This document shows, one piece after another, positions 1-11,706 of a stretch of 27,117 nucleotides of DNA; the stretch's first letter is position 1; every line of letters starts with the position of its first letter. The notes beneath the pieces were generated by a model. It ran no database searches. It was given only the letters and a program-made list of their open reading frames with translations, and was not told where the DNA came from. Source of the DNA: Eledone cirrhosa (taxonomy: Eukaryota); the NCBI GenBank assembly GCA_964016885.1, contig CAXHJY010001533.1, positions 1 to 27,117 on the forward strand. The letters run 5' to 3'. The position numbers and the translations under genes are program-made.

Positions 1-1169
<1,169 letters not shown>

Positions 1170-1202
1170 GATGGCTGCCCCCTCGTTATCGAGTATGGCC
1201 AT
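1170..1202 (-). other. RTE 3'-terminal stem-loop (putative RT recognition signal)
   Basis: Sense strand ATGGC-CATA-CTCG-ATAA-CGAG-GGGGCA-GCCAT: outer stem ATGGC/GCCAT, inner stem CTCG/CGAG. A homologous hairpin lies at 10062-10093. Confidence 0.75.
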
Positions 1203-1207
1203 TGCAC

Positions 1208-1240
1208 AATAAAAAAAAATAAAAAAAAAAAAAAAAATAA

Positions 1241-1279
<39 letters not shown>
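1208..1279 (+). repeat. A-rich run followed by (AAT)n microsatellite
   Basis: Direct reading of the sequence. Confidence 0.95.
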
Positions 1280-1567
1280 TAACCGATACCAGGACCTAAA
1301 GTGGGAGGTGAAAAGGATTTGGAACTGCCATGAAGTCAAAGTGATCCCGATTGTCATAGGCGCACTGGGGACTATCTCCAAAGGTTTCCAGGGATGGTTA
1401 AAGAAAATCGGCCCCTTCACGCTTTTTGGAACGCTTCAAAAGGCATGCTTGCTTGGAACGGCAAGAACCCTCCGATACGTCCTGAATATCTGAGGCTGCA
1501 GGTAGTGGCTTGATATTCAATCCAACGGACTTTCCAGTTAACCAACATCAATGACTGAGATTCAAGG
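1280..1567 (+). mobile_element. 5'-truncated R4/Dong-clade (restriction-like endonuclease) non-LTR retrotransposon fragment
   Basis: Frame from 1281 reads [34 protein letters not shown]...[17 protein letters not shown], matching the C-terminus of R4/Dong ORFs ([23 protein letters not shown]). A short 3' UTR follows. It is flanked by (AAT)n on both sides, the known Dong target type. Confidence 0.85.
1281..1493 (+). pseudogene. C-terminal remnant (~70 codons) of an R4/Dong RT-RLE protein
   Basis: No genuine start (the track uses GTG at 1308). The frame is open from the truncation point to TGA 1491-1493. Confidence 0.8.
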
Positions 1568-1717
1568 AATAACAATAACAATAATAATAATAATAATAAT
1601 AGCAATAATAATAATAACGACAACAACAATAATAATATACATATTCATATATATATACACACACACGCACGCACATAAGCATATCTACACACACACACAC
1701 ACACACACAAACACACG
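1568..1717 (+). repeat. (AAT/AAC)n followed by (AT)n and (AC)n microsatellites
   Basis: Direct reading. Lies between the R4 fragment and the RTE stop codon. Confidence 0.92.
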
Positions 1718-1724
1718 ATAGCAA

Positions 1725-4700
1725 CTAACAGTGCTGCGATCGAATGTGGCTTTTTAGCCCAGCCAATGATCCAAAATGTCTTGCACAGAGTCGGCAACCA
1801 AAACATTTACTGGGAATAGTCGGCTGTGGTTGGAGTTCGTGTACTTTTGCATGTCGCTTGAGTCCTCCTGCTGATTTACATTCTCTACCACATGTTTGGC
1901 AAGCATGATGAGTAGCATCTCCAACAGCAGCCTGGTAGTCAACCACTGGTCTTACTTTATGACTGCGAAGATGACTTTCGAGTCCAGCTTTGCTTAGGCA
2001 GAGTCTCGCACAGACGCCGCATGCCAGAAACATAGGAGGACCCTCGCCGTCTGGAAGTGCAACAGCAATACCCTTCCTCACGTCCCGCTTTACTTTCTCG
2101 TGTGCGATTCGAGATGCCTCAAAGGCAACTTTTCCCTCATATACAGTCTTTCTCCATTTATTACGATCAGCAGCAATATTTTCCCATGTATCAGCAGAGA
2201 TGTTAGCGTCTTTCAGAGAGGCCTTCAAGGAATCCTTATACCTCTTTTTTGGTTTATGTGGCGGTCGTTTTCCTTTAACCAACTCTCCATAGAAGAGTTG
2301 TTTTGGTATTCTAGAATCCTTCATCCTGGCAAGGTGACCACTCCAACGGAGTCGCTGCTTAAGCACAAGAGCTTCTATACTGTCACACATAGAGCTTTCC
2401 AAAATCTCGACATCACTGATGTGGTCCCTCCAGCGAACGCCATGTATCCGTCTGAGACACATCTGATGGAAACGCTCCAATTGCTTAAGGTGGCGTCGAT
2501 ATGTGACCCAGGTCTCGCAGGCATAAAGAAGACAAGAGAGTACACATGCCCTGTACACCTTTACCTTTGTCCTCCTGCATATGTCTCGCCGACCCCAGAG
2601 TCGCCTTTCTAGCTTTCCGAAAGCATCACTTGCTTTCCTAATCCTAAGTGAGATTTCACCGTCAAGGTTGCCGTATCGATTGACAGTGCTTCCCAGGTAG
2701 ACAAACTGATCAACCACTCCAAGTCGTTTGCCATACACATAGATGTTTGGTTCAGTGTACTGCCTACCAGGTGCAGGTTGGTACATGACGACGGTTTTCT
2801 TGAGACTGACAGTCAAACCCAGGGCAGTGCAAGCGTCAGAAAATACATTCAAAATGTGCTGCATATCACTCTCTGTGTGCGCTACAAGATCGCAATCATC
2901 TGCATACAAGAGGTCTCTTATGACTGATGTAAATACTTTTGTCTTCGCAGCAAAGCGCCTGATGTTAAATATGCTGCCTGAGGTTCGATATCGGATGTAA
3001 ACACCATGCTCGCAATTCCTGAATGCAATACAGAAAACCATTGCAAAGTATATGGCAAACAGGGTCGGTGCTGGAATATCCCCCTGTTTCACTCCATTTT
3101 TTACTGAGATAGGCTCCGACATGTTACCTCCGACATTAACCCAAGCCTTCATGTCGTCATGGAAAGACCTAACCAAAGCAAGGAACTTATCAGGGCAACC
3201 AAGTTTCTGGAGAACCTTCCATAATGCATCTCTGTTGACAGTATCGAAAGCCTTTGTCAGATCGACAAAAACCTGATACAGATCCAAGCCCTGTTCAATG
3301 CACTTCTCCTGGAGCTGTCTAGCTGAGAAGATCATATCAGTAGTGCCGCGTCCAACACGAAAACCAGATTGACTTTCAGGAAGGACACAATCTGCAATGT
3401 GTGTCAGCAGACGGTCCAGAAGCACCCTACATAAAACTTTCCCCACGACAGAAAGCAATGATATACCTCTGTAGTTCCCACAATCATTCCTGTTACCCTT
3501 TCCCTTGTACAAGACCACCATTACTGCATCTCTCCAGTCCTCAGGCACGGATTCATTAGCCCATATCCTTCCAAACAGAGAGTGAAGATGTTGCAGGAGT
3601 CTCTCACCACCATATTGTAGGAGCTCAGCATGTATGCCATCCATACCTGGAGATCTTCCACTGTTCAGCTTCGAAATAGCCACTGCAACCTCCACAAGTG
3701 TCGGAGGCTCTGCGAGAGCTACTTTCACAGGACTTTCCGGAATGAGATTTAGGAAATCTTCACTGACGACAGACGGCTGATTCAAAAGATCATCAAAGTG
3801 CTCCCGCCACCTTCGTAGAATTCCCTGTGAGTCACGAAGAAGTTCTTTGCCATCCCTGCTGCGAATCGGTGTCACCAGAGAAGAAGACGGTCCATAAACC
3901 TCACGCAAGAGACTGTACAACAGCTTTGTGTTATTGCAATCAGACGCAGTTTGTATCTCACCAGCCTTCTCACTCCACCACTGATCCTTCATCTGAGAAA
4001 GACTCCGCCTAACACGTGATTTTACATCCCTGAGCTCCTCATGCAACGTATTCCTCTCCTGTGGTCTTGCCGTCAAGTAGCGTGACAGAGCGCGCCTCTT
4101 ATCAGCCAACAAGTCATCTATATGCACATCTTTCTCATTAAACCAGTCCTGATGTTTTCTCTGCACCAATCCCAGAACACGTCTGCCTACATCATAAACC
4201 GACTTTTTAAGGGTCGGCCAATCCTCACCAAGATCTGCAGCCTGCATCTCTTCTTCCAATGTCCTCTTCACATTTTTATCCTTAAGACGAGCAGCATTCA
4301 ATCTTTTGGGCAGGGCAACACCAGGAGCCCGGATTTTACGTTTGGTGATTAGATTCACTTTTGCGCGTACCAGGCGGTGGTCCGTCCAGCACTCAGCTCC
4401 ACGAAGAACACGAACACACCGCACATCCTGTCTGTCACGCATCCTGACTAGGACGTAGTCCAAAAGATGCCATTCCTTAGATGCAGGATGCATCCATGTG
4501 GTCTTGAATTTGTTCTTTTGTTGGAACATGGTGTTGGTAACACACAGATCCAGCTCCTCACACATCTGCAGCAAGAGCATACCATTGCTGTTACACTTTC
4601 CCACCCCATGCCTTCCGATTACATTCCATGTGTTAAAATCCCTACCCACTCTAGCATTAAAGTCACCAAGCACGATGACTTTGTCTGCCTGAGGGATATT

Positions 4701-5270
4701 TCTTAAAACACCTTTCAAGGCATGGTAAAAGGACAGTTTTTCCTCATCGACAGAATTCATAGTTGGAGCATACACACTCACCAGGGTAGCATATCTTCCC
4801 CTGTCCAGCGGAACTCTCATGGACATAAGACGCTCACTAATCCCCACTGGGAATTCTTCCAATTTATTCACCAGTACAGTCTTAACAGCAAATCCTACCC
4901 CAGCCTCTCTTCTGGTTCCTTCATCTCTTCCTTTCCAGAAGAATGTATATTCTCCACAAAATTCCGTAAGATGACCATCTCCAGCTAACCTCGTCTCAGA
5001 CAAAGCCACGATGTCAAGATCGTAACGTCGAAGCTCCTTCGCAACAAGAGCGGTCCTTCGTTCAGGACGCTCCAAAGAATCCCCGTCAAGCAGCGTCCGT
5101 ACGTTCCAGCAGCCAAGACTAAATGCCCTGTTTGGCTCTATTACAATGGCACGATGACGGGCGGGCCCAGGTTGTGATAACTTGGGGCCCCTGCCCTTAT
5201 TGCCAATGATCTTTTTTGTTCCAGAACCCAAATTGGCAATTATCTCGTTTACATTGTTCTGGAACATCAT
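1725..5270 (-). CDS. RTE-clade LINE polyprotein: APE endonuclease + reverse transcriptase + three C-terminal C2H2 zinc fingers (1181 aa, intact)
   Basis: APE motifs WNVRTL, ALSETR, VYAPT, LGDFNAR, LDY, TDHRLV. RT motifs NYRGISLL, QSGFR, FVDLTKAFD, GVKQG, YADD (2895-2906), YLGS. RTE-typical LRWSGHLARM..SRIPKQLFYGEL. Three C-x2-C-x12-H-x3/4-H fingers at 1728-2021. Confidence 0.96.
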   Translation of the reverse strand: MMFQNNVNEIIANLGSGTKKIIGNKGRGPKLSQPGPARHRAIVIEPNRAFSLGCWNVRTLLDGDSLERPERRTALVAKELRRYDLDIVALSETRLAGDGHLTEFCGEYTFFWKGRDEGTRREAGVGFAVKTVLVNKLEEFPVGISERLMSMRVPLDRGRYATLVSVYAPTMNSVDEEKLSFYHALKGVLRNIPQADKVIVLGDFNARVGRDFNTWNVIGRHGVGKCNSNGMLLLQMCEELDLCVTNTMFQQKNKFKTTWMHPASKEWHLLDYVLVRMRDRQDVRCVRVLRGAECWTDHRLVRAKVNLITKRKIRAPGVALPKRLNAARLKDKNVKRTLEEEMQAADLGEDWPTLKKSVYDVGRRVLGLVQRKHQDWFNEKDVHIDDLLADKRRALSRYLTARPQERNTLHEELRDVKSRVRRSLSQMKDQWWSEKAGEIQTASDCNNTKLLYSLLREVYGPSSSLVTPIRSRDGKELLRDSQGILRRWREHFDDLLNQPSVVSEDFLNLIPESPVKVALAEPPTLVEVAVAISKLNSGRSPGMDGIHAELLQYGGERLLQHLHSLFGRIWANESVPEDWRDAVMVVLYKGKGNRNDCGNYRGISLLSVVGKVLCRVLLDRLLTHIADCVLPESQSGFRVGRGTTDMIFSARQLQEKCIEQGLDLYQVFVDLTKAFDTVNRDALWKVLQKLGCPDKFLALVRSFHDDMKAWVNVGGNMSEPISVKNGVKQGDIPAPTLFAIYFAMVFCIAFRNCEHGVYIRYRTSGSIFNIRRFAAKTKVFTSVIRDLLYADDCDLVAHTESDMQHILNVFSDACTALGLTVSLKKTVVMYQPAPGRQYTEPNIYVYGKRLGVVDQFVYLGSTVNRYGNLDGEISLRIRKASDAFGKLERRLWGRRDICRRTKVKVYRACVLSCLLYACETWVTYRRHLKQLERFHQMCLRRIHGVRWRDHISDVEILESSMCDSIEALVLKQRLRWSGHLARMKDSRIPKQLFYGELVKGKRPPHKPKKRYKDSLKASLKDANISADTWENIAADRNKWRKTVYEGKVAFEASRIAHEKVKRDVRKGIAVALPDGEGPPMFLACGVCARLCLSKAGLESHLRSHKVRPVVDYQAAVGDATHHACQTCGRECKSAGGLKRHAKVHELQPQPTIPSKCFGCRLCARHFGSLAGLKSHIRSQHC

Positions 5271-5278
5271 TGAATTGG

Positions 5279-5310
<32 letters not shown>

Positions 5311-5315
5311 TAATA

Positions 5316-5350
<35 letters not shown>
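5279..5350 (+). repeat. A28 run plus (AAT)n (poly-U and (AUU)n on the RTE sense strand), immediately upstream of the RTE start codon
   Basis: Direct reading. The poly-T ends 8 nt before the ATG at 5270. Confidence 0.95.
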
Positions 5351-5353
<3 letters not shown>

Positions 5354-5382
5354 ACACTATTAATAATTATTAATGCACTCGT

Positions 5383-5601
5383 GCAATGCCTGTGCGTGAC
5401 GAATATTTTTAAAGTGAGGAAAGACTGTGCACTGAACCAATCCCACTCTCTGAGCGACAGTAGCTATAACCCGAAAAGAAGAAAAGATCAACATCATCGG
5501 TAACTACTGAGCCGCAGGTTTTATATCGGAGTTAACCCAGTTTCCTGAGATGCCTTCTCCTAGAAGAATACCCTGACATGGGCTAGGGGTTCTTCACTCC
5601 C
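5383..5601 (-). promoter_or_regulatory. Conserved RTE 5' UTR core (candidate internal promoter / structured RNA)
   Basis: Colinear similarity to 10271-10469: GCAATGCCTGTGC, TCCCACTCTCT, AAAAGAAGAA, TCAACATCAT, GCAGGT..TTATATC.GAGTT, CCTTCTCCTAGAA, TGACA..GGCTA.GGG on the + strand. Confidence 0.65.
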
Positions 5602-5654
5602 AGTGGTTTAACTGCGCGATCGGGCATCCAGCCCGATTATTTCTATGTCCCCGC

Positions 5655-5656
<2 letters not shown>

Positions 5657-5692
<36 letters not shown>

Positions 5693-5831
5693 ACTTATTG
5701 ACACTTATACGTACGACATACACACACACGCATACATATGCGTGCACACAGCAACACTCACACACACAACAAACACACACACACGCTACTCTACTCACTT
5801 ACACGCACACACACACATATATATATATATA
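5657..5831 (+). repeat. A34 run followed by degenerate (AC)n and (AT)n
   Basis: Direct reading. Confidence 0.9.
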
Positions 5832-6127
5832 TTACCGTCATTACTGATACAAGATTACCAGATTATGTCAACTGTTGACTTTCAAGAGTTTGTATAGTTG
5901 AAGCCGATCGTATTACAGTCCAGTATTACTATAATTGCTTTACAGCATAGAGTTATGGCTCTCCACGGAGTCAACAAAAGAGAGTACCAGTGATGCGCTG
6001 GCCAGTCGCTGGATCCGTGCCAAAAGCAGAAAAATTATTATTAAAGTTGTTCTTAAGGCCAGGTCGCTGGTGATGGTGATGGCGACGGCGGTGGCGGTGG
6101 TGGTGGTGGTGGCAGTTTATGTTGTTG

Positions 6128-6162
<35 letters not shown>

Positions 6163-6180
6163 GTTATTTTGAGTTTTTTT
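5832..6180. other. Unique sequence of unknown origin with (GGT)n and (GT)n tracts; possibly the distal 5' leader of the RTE
   Basis: Non-array sequence between the RTE 5' UTR and the next TA/TACA array; no recognisable protein motif. Confidence 0.35.
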
Positions 6181-10060
<3,880 letters not shown>

Positions 10061-10474
10061 GGTGGCTGCCAACTCGTTTTCGAGTACGGCCACTACTTTA
10101 TATCCATGTAGGAGAACCCCTACCGATGCGCTGAACGAGTGTGACTTTTTAGTCCAGCCAGCAACTTGGAAACTCTGGTACAAACACCACACTTGTGACA
10201 ATTATTGACACATAGTGCTGGGCCCATGATACCACGTGACAACAAGTGCAGAGAGATCTCCAGATACAAAGCAATGCCTGTGCCGTGAAGCTTTTATAGT
10301 GAGCAAAGGCACTGCACAAAGCCAGTCCCACTCTCTTAACCAAGATGATATTTACCAAAAAGAAGAACAATTCAACATCATTGTATACCATCAGGGTTGC
10401 AGGTGTTATATCAGAGTTTTCCTTCTCCTAGAATTCTGCCTTGACAAAGGCTAAGGGGTCATCTCTCCCGGATG
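10061..10474 (-). mobile_element. Non-autonomous, internally deleted RTE derivative (bipartite SINE-like), copy 1
   Basis: The 5' half (10271-10469) is homologous to the RTE 5' UTR. The middle encodes [23 protein letters not shown], homologous to the RTE C-terminus CRLCARHFGSLAGLKSHIRSQHC*. The 3' hairpin (10062-10093) is homologous to 1171-1202. Confidence 0.88.
10120..10227 (-). CDS. Putative 35-aa micro-ORF with a single C2H2 finger ([35 protein letters not shown])
   Basis: Hand translation: ATG at 10227-10225, TAG at 10122-10120, C-x2-C-x12-H-x4-H. It is not in the supplied ORF track (too short). Translation is unproven. Confidence 0.4.
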   Translation of the reverse strand: MGPALCVNNCHKCGVCTRVSKLLAGLKSHTRSAHR

Positions 10475-10954
10475 TATATATATATATATATACATACATA
10501 TATACATATATATATATACATACATATATACATATATATATACATACATATATACATATATACATATACATACATACATATATACATATATATATACATA
10601 CATACATACATATATATATACATATATATATATACATACATATATACATATATATATACATATATATATATACATACATATATACATATATATATACATA
10701 CATACATACATATATATATACATACATACATACATATATATATACATACATACATATATATATACATACATACATATATATATATAAAAACATACATATA
10801 TATATATACATACATACATATATATATATATACATACATATATATATATATACATACATATATATATATATATACATACATACATATATATATATATACA
10901 TACATATATATATATATACATACATATATATATACATACATATATATATATATA

Positions 10955-10986
<32 letters not shown>
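10475..10986 (+). repeat. (AT)n/(ATAC)n microsatellite
   Basis: Direct reading. Confidence 0.97.
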
Positions 10987-11016
10987 GCAGTTGAGCAGTT
11001 GAAGTATAAGGACGTG
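10987..11016 (+). promoter_or_regulatory. Possible internal Pol II promoter (Inr-like CAGTT x2, DPE-like GGACGTG)
   Basis: GCAGTTGAGCAGTTGAAGTATAAGGACGTG at the extreme 5' end resembles the Inr/DPE promoters of jockey/I-type LINEs, but the spacing is shorter than the canonical +28. Confidence 0.4.
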
Positions 11017-11092
11017 TTTTTACTTCTCTCCCCGAGTAAGCAGCAAGTCACACAGCCACAAAACAAAACCACAAGACAAAACCAAACAAACA

Positions 11093-11193
11093 AAAATTGA
11101 CCGGTTAATACATTTTCATACATCTATATTATTATATATTTGAAAATTGACCGGTTAATACATTTTTCATACATCTATATTATTATATATTTG
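11093..11193 (+). repeat. Tandem duplication of a 50/51-bp unit in the CR1 5' UTR
   Basis: AAAATTGACCGGTTAATACATTTTCATACATCTATATTATTATATATTTG at 11093-11142 and 11143-11193 (one extra T). Confidence 0.93.
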
Positions 11194-11207
11194 AAACCAC
11201 GTGTTTT

Positions 11208-11296
11208 CGAACTTGTGAGTACATTTTCCTTTAACTACAAATTATTATTATATACTTTCGTCTTTTCATTAACTTAATTAATTTCAAATAACCAGA

Positions 11297-11329
<33 letters not shown>

Positions 11330-11694
11330 CTCATATTTATATATATACGCTTCTCACTCACACACAAGAAAAACAAAAAACAAAAATAAATCAAAAATAA
11401 ATTTAAAAAAAAATATATATATATTGAAATACTTAACTAAAACACACACACACGAACTTGTGAGTACATTTTCCTTTAACTACAAATTATTATTATATAC
11501 TTTCGTCTTTTCATTAACTTAATTAATTTCAAATAACCAGAATATACATATATATATATATATATACTCATATTTATATATATACGCTTCTCACTCACAC
11601 ACAAGAAAAACAAAAAACAAAAATAAATCAAAAATAAATTTAAAAAAAAAAAAAATATATATATATTGAAATACTTAACTAAAACACACACACA
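11208..11694 (+). repeat. Tandem duplication of a ~245-bp unit in the CR1 5' UTR
   Basis: Units start with CGAACTTGTGAGTACATTTTCC at 11208 and 11453 and differ only in homopolymer and (AT)n lengths. Confidence 0.93.
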
Positions 11695-11706
11695 CTCAAA
11701 ACTAGA

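Larger units (their letters stand above)
1170..5656 (-). mobile_element. RTE-clade (BovB-like) non-LTR retrotransposon, apparently complete; 5' end may extend to ~6180
   Basis: Single APE-RT ORF (1725-5270). The 5' UTR (5383-5601) contains CTAGGAGAAGG, resembling the Bov-A/BovB GGAGAAGG motif. The 3' terminal stem-loop (1170-1202) abuts the TA/TACA array. Both ends are homologous to the 414-bp element at 10061-10474. Confidence 0.88.

Noticed and set aside
1203-1717. Intron in the RTE 3' UTR
   Set aside because: The first AG after the T-rich tract lies inside the conserved terminal hairpin, so splicing would destroy it; the donor is also weak.
1990-4988. Short + strand ORFs within the RTE
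   Set aside because: Antisense shadows of the RT ORF with no recognisable motifs.
5383-5656. Canonical hammerhead, HDV-like, twister or pistol ribozyme
   Set aside because: The core motifs and pairing order could not be fitted by eye; kept only as an unassigned structured RNA.
10271-10474. tRNA-derived SINE head
   Set aside because: No convincing A/B boxes or cloverleaf; the region is explained by homology to the RTE 5' UTR.
11093-11694. CRISPR-like array
   Set aside because: Only two adjacent copies per unit with no spacers, in a eukaryotic LINE UTR.
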